Below are positions 1 to 11,835 of a DNA stretch of 64,000 nucleotides, in pieces (within the stretch, counting starts at the first letter, position 1; each line of letters starts with the position of its first letter). The stretch covers positions 62,001 through 126,000 of the forward strand of contig JBEWZL010000102.1 in NCBI GenBank assembly GCA_045837725.1, read 5' to 3'. The notes beneath the pieces are model-generated. The model ran no database searches. It was given only the letters and a program-made list of their open reading frames with translations, and was not told the origin of the DNA. Origin of the DNA: Vermamoeba vermiformis (taxonomy: Eukaryota). Made by a program: the position numbers and the translations under genes.

Positions 1-1377
1 GATGTTCTTGTATATCGTTATGGTGGTATTCTCCAGCACTTCCAATCCGTACAAATTGTTCGAGATCCGACTTTCGATAACGACGCACTCACAATTATTC
101 CGCACATCAATCCCCCGATCTGCGCTACGTTCAACGATACACCGCACTATCGACAAAGGCACAACGGACTTTCGAATGATAACACCTGACTCTATTCTGG
201 GTGAATGTACTGTCCATGATCGTTGATTCATCCACGTGACAATCTGACAAACGAAATCCAATGTCGTTTCGTTCGAATACTAATAGCAATACGTTAGTAT
301 ATAATTTCGTAATAAAAATGTTTCATCATAAAAATCCAGATCCGGTGCGTACTTGCCATGCAAATTTTTTTTTGTTCTAATGCAATTGATCTCTTTGCCT
401 TCTTGTACATTTATAATAGTATTAATGAGAAGTTATTTTACCTGATCTTCGTACGTGTACGATGCCATTGGACGTAGTGTAAAGACCAAACTTGGAGTCG
501 TAAAATCGGCAATTGTTTACAGTAACCTCAGAATTTCTAAATAGATAGGATATATGTATTAGATAACACTACAATACTAGTAATCAATTATGGTATTACG
601 CGATGTACAGGGCTGAACGCAGTTCTGCCGTAAACTCGCAATTCTCAATGTTGAAATCTGCGTCTTGTAACATGCAACAGGTATTGCCTTTCTCGTCTTT
701 TTTGCCAGCAACAAATGATATATTCTAAATAAGAATAAAAAAGAAAGTATTAGAGCTGGGGTGCGAAAAATTGGTCGTTAGATCCGCACCTGTATTCCGA
801 TTTTGTAGTCCGGTGTGTTGCCATAAAATACATAGCACAATAACCTATCACTATTGCAAATAAATGTCGTTTTCTGATTGGTTGATTTTTGAGACCAGGG
901 CGTGTCCCATAAACCACAAATATCGATATTAGGACGAAGTCGTAAGCCTTGTTGAAGAAGATAAGTGCCTGGTGAGAATATAAGCTTGTATCTATCGGTC
1001 TTTGATCGCCTCCAAGATTCTTTTGCGTGATCCACAGCATGCTGGACGGTCACAAACTCAATTGCTAAGAAAAATATTCGTTTCCAGTCTACAAAAAAAT
1101 CAGATAAATATTTTATAATATTCGGTATAATATTTAGATGCTATTAAATTGATTTATAATGCTTACCATGAATATTAGAGTCGACACAAATTATTTTCTG
1201 TTTTTCATTTTGAATTCTGTTTCTCCAATACCAAGAAGAGTTCGTCATCTCTTTAAACGCATGCGAGCACATTCCTAATTTTATTAGAGATGATGAATGA
1301 GCGTGGCTGACGACCTGTTCAATCATTTCCAAGGGCAGATCGAGAAGCGGAAACGTCATCACTTCATCGTCCGACAT
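1..1377 (-). CDS. F-box plus parallel beta-helix (CASH/PbH1) protein, FBXO11-like paralog A; runs off the window, with one apparent +1 frameshift near 193
   Basis: ATG at 1377 (MSDDEVMTFPLLDLPLEMIEQVV, F-box). Spliced exons include LIFSPGTY/NIDICGLWDTPWSQK and beta-helix repeats (ESGVII..RGIDV..NNLYGLEV). Clear paralog of the gene at 5264-7188. Confidence 0.75.
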
Positions 1378-1650
1378 TACGGTGGCTTGTATTCGATTAA
1401 ATCTTGCGAATTCTTTACTATTGATTAATATTTTAAATAAGGTTTGCCTCTGTTGTAGACAAAGATGAAGGAAATAAAATAAACTTGACAAAACACAGCT
1501 TTTTAAGACAAATGTGCTCCCGCAAATCACGCGTTCGCGATAATCATAGAACTATATAATATACAATATTGACGACATTCTACTCAATTAAGACGACTCA
1601 TCAAGAACGTTTAAAGCTTGGCATTGAGGCTCAGCACCACAGTCACTAAA
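1361..1650. repeat. ~290-bp imperfect direct repeat, copy 1 (partner 5038-5326)
   Basis: Shared blocks such as CGTCCGACATTACGG-GGCTTGTATTC-ATTAAATCTTGCGAATTCTTTAC and TTTAAAGCTTGGCATTGAGGCTCAGCACC-CAGTCACTAAA. Confidence 0.95.
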
Positions 1651-1764
1651 ATTTGTCTAATTTTCCACCGCCTCGTGCGACCTGCCAGGGCAGGGTCCAC
1701 CAGAGCTGTCAAAATCTCGGCTTTATCGTTTTGATGGTTCAGATAGGATGAATTCGGCATGGGT

Positions 1765-4700
1765 TTAGTCTTGATGGACGAGAAGTGCAAATGACGGCGA
1801 GAGATATTCCGCCAATTGACCACGTGACATGAGCACCAATCTCGGACACAAAGTCAACAATCTTTCGACACTCCATCGCTTGCCGGGCATTGGAGAATTT
1901 TGTTCATCGGACTGGACTGACGCGGACAATTGTTCTTGTTTGAGCTTCGCCAGCTGTTCGTCGTTCATGCCGTCGTAGTCAACAACTTTCGTGGTGTAAT
2001 AAGTGTACACGACATAAAATTGCGTATCGAGTTCGATGGCTGACACTTCTTGATACCACGCGTATATTTCCGACGCTTTGACGTTCGTTTTGGTGTGAGC
2101 GGAAAATTTCATCTGAGCCAAATTTAGCAGCTGTTTTTGGGAAACTTTTTGTTCTTTGCTTGGGCTGTCGCTTGATTTGACCACTCTCTTCTCTGAATAA
2201 CCATAATGATAACGATTAGAAAACTAAATTGGAATCATGAAAGTCATACTTGAGCCAGCAATCTCTTCCGTGACGAATTGGGTGTGCTCGTCGTGTTGTT
2301 GAGTTGCAATTGTACTGAGAGGAAGGACCGTTCTCACATCCACGAGAGGATTGTTGGCAGCACACGTGAATGATCCACTAATGTTCAGCAAGTCATCACG
2401 TGCCCATGTTTCAGCATATCGACCTTTGTGATTGGCATGGTGTTCTTTCGATATCCAACAGTGGTCCTCCTTGGCCGCTGAAAATTTTGTCGGCAGTTCG
2501 ATCAGAAGATTTTTGATCTCGTTGCTGGCCACTGCTCCGCACCAAATATCTGCAAATCGAAGGACAACGCTCCGATTGCAATAATCTGGCCACCTCTTGA
2601 TAGGACATGAAAAGCAGCTTCAAGAAACAGGGCTCCAAGTCTTCTAATTGCTGCCACGTCATCGTTTTGGCCGGCTCAGTGAAAGCGCTAGCAACATCTG
2701 GGGCGCCTTTTTGAACTAAATTTGCAGCAAAAAAGTATGGAATTTGCAGTGCATTATTATCAGCGATATAGAGGGCTCCGGCGTTGAGCAAGTCGGTAAC
2801 CACGTGACCTTCACGTCCTTGTGTCCAAAATTAGAGTTTACCAGCAATATCGGTTTAATATATGTTACCTGGTAAGGTTGTAAATGGCGCATCGAATCCT
2901 GGCAAAGAGAGTTCCAAATTTGGTTCGACGGACAATTCAACGGTAGTAGTTTTACTCGATTCATCTTTGCTGAGCAATTTGCCACGAAGTAAAAAGCAGA
3001 GGAACGGAAGAGGCTGCGGAAATCGCGATTCGTAACCGTTGTACTGAGAAAAGTATTAATTTTCTTAAATAAATAAATAATAGATAGCAATTAATGTTAT
3101 CACCTTCGCAATTACTTCGATGTTGGTCTTGAATAGAGGCACGGTCGTTTCAGCAATCAAATCCCCGGTGGTATTTACGTTGTCTGGCAAGCCTTGTAAC
3201 GCGGCGGTGAGGACAGATCGCAGTTCACTAGGATTGATAGGAAGTTTACAAAGTTATTGATTTTAGGAAAGTAAAGTAATAACTTACTTGACGTGGCGCG
3301 GAATTCCGTGCGTTGCCTTCAATAACACTTTGAACTTTTCGCTCGCCTTTATCTTCACGCCGATCTGCTCAGGTACATTCGACAGCACGATTTGCAGTTG
3401 CTCGTCGTGATTAAGTGGCGTCAAATCGAGTTTGGTCACGTGATAGCTTGGCATGTTCAAGAACGACGAAAAAGAGAGAGTGGTGCCCGTGAAGAGAGGG
3501 ACAATAGGAACTTTGGCTCCATTTGCTTGCATTTCAATCGACAAATTGTCGACCAACAGTTTGCGAGCGGGTGACGGAAGATAATTAATTTCGTCAAAAT
3601 GAAGAATTACGCCTGGCCTTGAAGGATCTATAATATTATATTATGACGTTAGTTTAGATTCGATATGTGCTTGAGAACCAATTAATAATTACTTACTCTT
3701 GGATTTCCAATAATTCAGAACATTAGCCCAAAGTCAATCCTTGACTCAACAGCGGTTCAATACGCTGTTTGTAAATCTGGAAATTATTTTGTTTAATCTG
3801 TGCCAGCGATTTCTTCGTCATTAGGCGCATAAAAACTCTAATTGCAAGCTGCGCCAGAAATACATCTGGTTGATAATCCATAGGACCCATAAGATCGCCG
3901 CTTGAAAAATCGATGAAGGCGTAGCCTGCTAGCTTGTTCGCGAGGGTAATATTCGACGCAACTTTCCAACCTACGGTGGTCTTGCCAATTCCAGGGTACC
4001 CAATAACAGTACAAACATAATGATATCGTTTTGATGTTTGGCCTAAATTCTCGTAATTTTTTGACGATCGCGTTCTCGAGCTGTGCTCTGGCAGTTTCGC
4101 GGTGTAGCGCTGGTTCAGCCAAATAACAATGCCCAGTGAAAGTAATTCCTCCCGTCGTAGAAATAGTCGAAATCTTTTTCTTTCGTATCCAAGCGAACGT
4201 TGCATTTCGCGCAACTAACGTTATAAACGTCGTCTTCGTAATCCCGCAAAAAGTACGAAAAGAAGTCTGATAATATTAATATTATAGGCATTGCTAATAT
4301 AATATTATTACCTTCGATAGTAGGCTTTGGTAGTGCGTCAAACAATTGGTCGATGTCACCCAAATCCAGTCCGAGTTTGTGGAAATACTCTATCTTACGG
4401 CTGTCCAATTGGCACTTCCACAAGTAATGCCCATTCACCTTTTCGAGCGCGGAAATGACGCTCTTTGGCAAGTTCTTATTGATCGCCCATTGGGTAACAT
4501 CCTTTTGCGTCCAGTAGTAAAGTGGTGCAGCTACAAAATTACGGTTATTTTTTGTGCTGTTGTATCAGGCAAAAGATTTTTGATCCAGATTTGGATTCGA
4601 TTGTGGTTTTTACGGTTTTAGTTTTAACTTCTAGTGCTAGTTAGAACGATCGATTTATTATTAGTATTATTATTCATATTATATTGGTGCAAATGATCTT

Positions 4701-5054
4701 ACTGTGCATTGCTTGGTCAGGTTCCTCGTTGGAATCCATCAGACAAGATCCATTAGCAATTCGATACGGTGTCACTAAGCTTATGTTGTTGAGATAGATT
4801 TGACGATTAGTGTGAGATCTAATTATTTATCTCCACGACTTCGAAGATGAAATTCTAGGTATCGTTTGCAGATTTATCGGTCGTGGTACGAAAAGCTACT
4901 GAAAACGTTTGGAATTAGCAATCTGGTTCTATTTAGAGACGTTGAGTATTATGAAATCATAATTGGATTTTAGTATAGCTGCAATGTATTTTTTTTACCT
5001 TAAAGGCCGGATCCAGAAGCTGAAACGTCTTTCTGCCACTTCCTCGTCCGACAT
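1765..5054 (-). pseudogene. Crinkler/CR-like protein (header, SAM, P-loop NTPase, restriction-endonuclease-fold domain) with several frameshifts; pseudogene or assembly indels
   Basis: SAM-like WTQKDVTQWA..LGLDLGD. Walker A VIGYPGIGKT preceded by NYENLGQTSKRYH. Walker B-like VILHFDE, GIPRH, REase-like NNPLVD..LAQMKFS, and terminal LVLMSRGQLAEYLSPSF. Frame breaks near 4120, 4060 and 2580. Confidence 0.65.
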
Positions 5055-5326
5055 TACGGCGGCTTGTATTCAATTAAATCTTGCGAATTCTTTACGCCTG
5101 TTGCTTCATATTTAAATAAGGTCCTTTGTTGCAGACAAAGATGAAGGAAATTTGACCGAACCGTAGAAGTTAATCGCCTCCCGCAAATGTCACGTGTTCG
5201 CGATGATCATAGAGCGGCGTAATATACACTACTGCGTATCATTTTGATGACATTCTACTCGAATTAAGACGGCTCATCAAGAAAATTTAAAGCTTGGCAT
5301 TGAGGCTCAGCACCGCAGTCACTAAA
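5038..5326. repeat. ~290-bp imperfect direct repeat, copy 2 (last exon of paralog B, intergenic DNA and an MSDEEV start)
   Basis: Aligns by eye with 1361-1650. Confidence 0.95.
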
Positions 5327-7188
5327 GAAAATTTCATAAGTAGGCTCGTAGAATAATATATTTAAATCCGTACCAGTAAAACTGCGACACTGTCACAGTT
5401 GACAAGGCGTGGCCTAAGTGACATCTTTTGGCACAAACTACGCACACCGTTGAGTGACCGCACGTGTGGCATTCAAAGCTATAGAAATGATGCATTAGCG
5501 TACAGTCATTGGAGGGAATATATTAAATTAATTAATATATATATTAAAAGATAGCACCTCTCTTGTTGTGCTGGGTTGAGTTGAGTGGCTGCAAAAGTGC
5601 ACATGTAACGCGACACAGCCACCGCACAATTTTTGATAATGACTTCTGTTGTATCACCTGGCTGATATAATATCTCGTAATTTTGTCTTTTCGGATAAAG
5701 CACAATATCAATTTTGTTCTCGGAAATTGAATTGCTGCGGGATAGTTCTTCGACGGTAAATTGCGTGTTTGAGCATTGACTTGGCATTGATAAACCTAAT
5801 AAGACCAATATGAATATGGACCCTTTCGCCTAATTGATTAATACTTTATCTGTCGTACCAGTTACTCCGTTTTTCTTAATCTGGTTATCAGTAATAAAGT
5901 CGATGTTAACGTCGTATCTCATCACAACTCCATGGCGCTTATTGTTCAAAATGATGTTTTTTGAGAGCCTTACTGTCGAATTCTCGAAGACCGCCAATCC
6001 GACAGCATTGTTCGTTAATTGATTTTCGAAGAATAAACATTCGCTATTTGGCTTCATAGTGATACCTCGTTCTTCATTTCCAGCGAAACGACATTTTTTT
6101 ATGATCGAAGTTGCGCTCGATTTGGTCAGGATAACTCCGCTCTTGTTTTTCATGAACGAACAACCTTCCAAAATCATCGACCTTTTGCATCCTGTTGCGC
6201 GAATTCCAGTGGCATTTTTCGCAAACACTAGTAATATACTATTAGTCGTAAGATAGATATTAATACCGAGTTTATGATACATACCACATCCGGAGGCATG
6301 AATTTCGCTATCTTTCGCGCTAAAAATTCCGACGTGCGAGTCGCGAAAACGACAATTCTTAATTGTTACTGTAGCCTCCCTAATTTTAATATTAATTTTT
6401 TATGTTCAACTTTGATTGATTGCTTCTGCTTACACTATAAACAAGGCCGAAGCAAACCTTGATTGAAATTCGCAATTCTCGATAGCGAAATTGAATTTTT
6501 GCAAAGAACAGGCTACACGACCTTCTTTTCCCTTCTTGCATGTCTCTATGGTTAAATTCTATTTATAAAAAGTTAGCTATCACTTCGTTCGTGAATTAAA
6601 GTATAATACTTTTATCGAAACAGTTCTTCCAGGGGCTTCTCCTTGAGGATCGAAGCGAAATATACTTTTAGAACTACTAATGAGTTTCGTTTGTTGGCTT
6701 TCTGGTTTTTGAGACCAAGGAGTGTCCCATAGCCCGCAGATGTCAACGTTAGGCAAAAGAATTATCGTCTCGCTTAATGAATACACCCCTGGGGCAAATA
6801 TCAGGTTCCACCTCATCACTTTTGATAGCTTCCATTTGTCTTTTATGTAGTTCATCGCTTGTTGAAGCGTCAGAAATTGGATCGACTTGAAAAAAATTCT
6901 CTTCCAATCTATAATTGCAATTATTAGCTCAAAAAATACTGCATTATCATGTAGTATTTTATAATAATTTATACCTGTTTCATCTGCGGATATACAAATT
7001 ATTTTTTGTTTTTCTTTGTGAATTCTGTTTCTCCAGAACCCAGGCGAATTGGACATCTCTTTTAATAAGTGGGATGTTCTATATAAGCGTACGAGACATG
7101 ACGAATGTGCATGGCTGATAACGCGCTCAATCAATTCCAACGGTAGATCGAGAAGCGAAAACACTGCGGCTTGCTTCGTATGATCCAT
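5264..7188 (-). CDS. FBXO11-like protein: F-box, CASH/PbH1 repeats and C-terminal UBR-type zinc finger (paralog B)
   Basis: F-box LLDLPLELIERVI; beta-helix repeats (GNEERGI..NNAVGLAV..NNKRHGV). Spliced C-terminus CTFAATQ..FECHTCGHSTVCVVCAKRCHLGH..FYCDCGAEPQCQAL; stop at 5264-5266. Confidence 0.8.
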
Positions 7189-7495
7189 ATAGCTATATAA
7201 CTATGACCTTTATGTTATGATGACTTGGTTAATTGTTGTATTCGGTTAAATGTAAGCTCGCGAATCGTTACAATTTGAGGAGTTTTTTCGATCGAAAACG
7301 CAAAAATGGCGCAAAAATCTCAAAACAATTGTATGGACTCAGTTGAAAGGTAGGTGGATTTATTAATTATCACTCGCTCCTATCAACCAACGAGCAATAA
7401 AAGTCGGTGCAACAACACGCTGGGATAATTTGTTTCTTTATTTACAAAAAATCACTAGTTGTGACCAAAAAATAACGCTATTAATACGACCGTTC

Positions 7496-9176
7496 TTATT
7501 GTTGAGTAGTGGTAGGTGCGCTGTCAGTCGGAGCTTGTTGTTGTTGTTGTTGCACCTGATCCTCGGGCATTGGTGTAGGCGCACCTTCAACAGGCTGTTG
7601 TTGAGCTTGTTGTTGCTGTTGATACAACTCGGGGTGATCGCGCTTGTGCTGCTCTTCAATCAACTTCTTCGTCTCGCTCTCAATGCCCTCGACAGTACTG
7701 TCAACATTTTGTGACAGCGACTTGATTTTGTTGACACCAGACGACAACGTAGGATTCGATTCGACGAACTAAAATAAGATAGGTCGTTAGTACTAGGCAC
7801 CTTGTAGTATAATATCATATCGATAGTATTGAATGGTTATTAAGCTCTACTTACAGCCTTGGTTTTGTCAGCGACTGAATCGAAGACTTCACCGATAGTG
7901 GCAGCGATGCCAGTGAATGTGTACGCAACAACTTTAGCTTTGTTAGTGATGCCGAGCTTTTCGTCGACACCTGTAGCGGTCTGTTGAATGGTCTCTTTCA
8001 CCATCTGGGCCTTGACTGAGATCTAAAAATCAAAAAGTTTTAGTACGCGACTCTCTAACAATCCTCGATTAAAATCTTCTTTAAATATTAATTACGAGCA
8101 TAATAGTAGTATCGTTGGCATTATTAATAGGCCTTAACACTTACACCAAGCTTCTCGTCAATTTCGTCGACTTTGCCCTTGACTTTTTCAACACCTTGTT
8201 TGACGGTAGAGACCAATTTATCGCTGAAGCCAACGGACTCTATTATTATAATAATTATTCAGTTCGTAATTATTACGGCGCAAAGCGAAAAAAGAGGAAG
8301 ATAATTGATACGCAATGAAGGAATTTCAAAATTTACCAGATTATTTCAATAAAGCTCGAAATAAAAGGAAATTATGAGCGTATTAATCCATTAATATTGT
8401 TATTAATCAAACTTACCATCGAGGGCCTTGGCTTTTTCGAGAGCGTCTTGGCTCAATTTGTAACCAGCAGCCAACATGCTAGCGATAGCATGAGTAGCGT
8501 TCTAATTTATATTAAGTTAGTTACATATAAATCACTTATACGAGCGAATATTGATCTTAAAAGAAAGCAGTAGATCTTCGCAAATTTTTTGCAATATCGA
8601 AAACGGATTCGCAAATCGACGAAAAATTACGAAATAAAAAACTATAACGTACCTCTGGCAATGGGCTCTGATTGGCCTTTTCAATATGAGGATTGGGCGT
8701 TTCTGAAGGAGCAGGAATTTCAACTTGAGGTTGGGCTTGAGCAGGCAACACGGAGATTGTGCGCTCATAAATCAATGAATTGTTCAAAATTAATGCCATA
8801 CGAGCGGCTTTAAGAGAATCGAATACGACGACGGCTTGTTTAGTTCCATCTGGCAAGGTAGTCCTAAAATTCATGAAAATTAATTAAAAATTAGAATGAA
8901 CGGCGTTTATAATATATTAGTATTGGTGGACCAATATTTATGCAAATTTCGCGTGGACAAGCGAGGCATCTGTTAGGTAAAATTCATGAAAAATTTTTCT
9001 TACATAGACAAAGCTTCAATTCGACCGCAGAATGAGAAAAACTCGGCAATAGTGTTCTCGCCAGCATTAGGACCAATATTTGAAACAAATACGGCGCAGT
9101 TGGGGTTATCCTACAACATTAGAGTCAGATTTGGATCTACGTCATCAATGATTATTGGGCTTACAATAGATTCCAT
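7496..9176 (-). CDS. RRM protein, Vip1/BPA1-like, with a Q-rich tail
   Basis: MESI|DNPNCAVFVSNIGPNAGENTIAEFFSFCGRI..AVVVFDSLKAARMALILNNSLI. Downstream IASMLAAGYKLSQDALEKAKA and repeated xDEKLGI units. Confidence 0.75.
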
Positions 9177-9443
9177 TATGAGTTGAGTTGTGTTTGAGTT
9201 GTTGATATGATTGAATAAAATCGGTCGTTATCAAAAACAAAGTCCCTCAGCGCGTTTTTTTTCGAATTTTCGTTTTCTTCCACGATAGTTTTCACGCTGG
9301 TTCCGTTCTCAAAAATTCACTGCGCCATTATCGGGGACCAAGATATTGCGTAAATTCGATATTTTCGTTCCTGCTTCGGTTAGCAACAAGCTGGGAGCTA
9401 GATCTATTATTTATTTATTTTTTTAATTTACGTAGTTTACAAC

Positions 9444-10189
9444 CTACTTGGAGTTATTACTAGTAAATTCGGGCCAACGCATCAGCACACCAATTTTTGT
9501 ACCATGCGACCTCCTCTGGCATATACATAGAACAGCAATACAAAGGCCAACGGATCCCGCCAAGAAGAAGCTACCAGCAACAGTCAAACCAATAAACGTC
9601 GCATAATCCTCAGCTTGGCCATAGGTAATACGGAAATGATTATATCGGCTTTCATAATCGATGACGTCGCTGTCGTAGTAGCAGATTGTTTGGTTGGGGA
9701 AGAATATCGAGTCGATTAATTCCGTTGCTTGCTGTGTTGAGCGCATAGTCACTAAATGAATAATTTTAATCCATAATTTTAATCTTGCGCGCTTTACCTT
9801 CTGCAGTTCCCCAAACGTAAATCTCTGAAGGGGCAACGAAAGATGCCTACCCTCTCTTTAGTCGGTTGATAAATATGGTCTTATCTTACATTAAACGTAG
9901 CAAATACTGCGTCTTCGTGCTCGTCGACCCAACCATTGTACAGCGTACAATCGGCCTCTAAAATCATAATATTAAAAAATTATAATTTCGTATTGCAGCG
10001 CTTGCTTGTCTTACTCGAGTATGCACTTGAGTGCACGAGGTCATAAAAGGTCATGCTGCCAACTACTACCATCGGAATGCCTGCAGCGAGAAGTGACACG
10101 GACGAAACAATCATAAGGACAATCACGCATTGTTTACTCTTGAAGCACTCCGCGTTATCTTGTCCTGTAGTAGTCTTCGCCGAGTCCAT
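9444..10189 (-). CDS. Two-TM membrane protein, tandem paralog 1
   Basis: N-terminal TM (VIVLMIVSSVSLLAAGIPMVVVG), Cys-containing loop with NQTICYY, and C-terminal TM (YATFIGLTVAGSFFLAG). Confidence 0.65.
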
Positions 10190-10824
10190 ATCCGATTCGA
10201 GTAAATTGTACATTGTAATCGCATTAAATGTTCGTTATCGCGATCTGAGAATCAAAACCTCCTGATTGACAGCTGTTTCGCGAAAGGGTATATAGGTCTG
10301 AAACTTAATGCGTCAGTCAATTTGCGATCTTAACGCCTTACTTTATAACACTTAGTGAAATCAATTATATTCGATAACGGATCTAGTCCTGAATTCCAAC
10401 GCATAATCCATGCTGCTTTAATCTTCATATACTGTGGCCTTACCGATCCTTTCTACATTGAACTGGAATCAACTTAGGCAAGTTCAGCTCCATAGCGATA
10501 AAATCTAGACTAGATCTGGTTGAGATGAACTTTGACATTTTTGACTGTTATGTGAAGCGTCGAGGTCTGAAAATTGAACTCATCCGTTCTACCGACTTCA
10601 TGGTGATCCTTTGGCACCATACCCATTAGATTGTTGATTGGTTTATCTATTGTTCTCGTTGCGCTAGATCGCCTTCAGAACTGTGCTTTCTAGAGCTTCT
10701 CGCGATCAAATTTCTCGTTACGCAGTAAAACCAACGGCAGTCGTTGATTTATTCAAGAAATGAGAATCAGCACAAATGCAATTTCGCTTGTAATCGTGTT
10801 GGGCTGTCTTGGCAAATAGTGAGT

Positions 10825-11545
10825 CTACGTCGAAGATAGAGGCACATCTTTGTTCGCTGTTGACTCCATATCTTTGCGAGCAGTTCTCTTGCACCCAATA
10901 ATAGCTCCAATGCAAGACGCGACCGCTACGGCCAAAAAGACACTTCCAACCACAGCCAACGCCACATACGTTGCGTACAATTCGTCTCGATTATAGATAA
11001 GTAAGTACGAGTTGTTTTGGCTTTCAAAATTGAGTTTTTCTGGGACGTAATAGCAAGTCACTTGGTTCGAAAAATCTGTAGCATTAATGAATTCCCAAGC
11101 CTTCTTGACAGACTTCATACTTTCTAAATAGCACCGGTAAGCCGTAATTGTCTAATTAGATTAGAGTTTACCTTGTACTCTTCCCCATACTAGAGTTCCA
11201 GATCCGTGTAGTAACGACGCCTGACTCGTTTTTAGAAAGGGCATACTATTAATATTACTAAAAGAGCTCTTACGTTGATCATCAGCATATACTGAATACT
11301 CATTTTCGTCAACCCAAGCGTTGTAGAGATAGCAATTTCCGCCTGGATAAATGAAAAATAAGTTGAAATATTATATAAGCGTATTTATTGCCTATTTTCT
11401 TACCTAAATGAACTTCTAGATCTTCGTAATCCATATGATTTAGCGCAGAAACAATTACCATTGCCGCTCCACCTCCTAGAAATAAAAATGAAGCGACGCC
11501 AAGAATGCAAGTCAAACAACAAGTTCTGCTGCTTCTCGGATCCAT
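10825..11545 (-). CDS. Two-TM membrane protein, tandem paralog 2
   Basis: Same layout as paralog 1: ILGVASFLFLGGGAAMVIV..NQVTCYY..YATYVALAVVGSVFLA. Confidence 0.65.
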
Positions 11546-11835
11546 TTTATAGGGTACTACTATCGCATGCTTCGTCCGTTCATTGAAATAAAGTTATAAA
11601 TAAATTCTAGTTAAGACACGTACTGTCACTTTCGCGAAAAGGTATCGAGGTCTTAAAATTGATTTAGACAGCTAAAATAACTAAAATATATGTATACAAT
11701 ATCTTACCAAGATCGACCGGTCAAGTCCTTGTTCGATCTGAGCGACATCTGAAGGCGATTCTTTTGGCATCAGTCGAAGATGCCTGGATGCGATAAATTA
11801 TTTACATTTATTATAACAACGACATTACTATTCTA

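Noticed and set aside
4113-4123. TGA in the CR-like gene (and at about 59975) as selenocysteine
   Set aside because: Homology continues in a different frame, there is no redox motif context, and I saw no SECIS.
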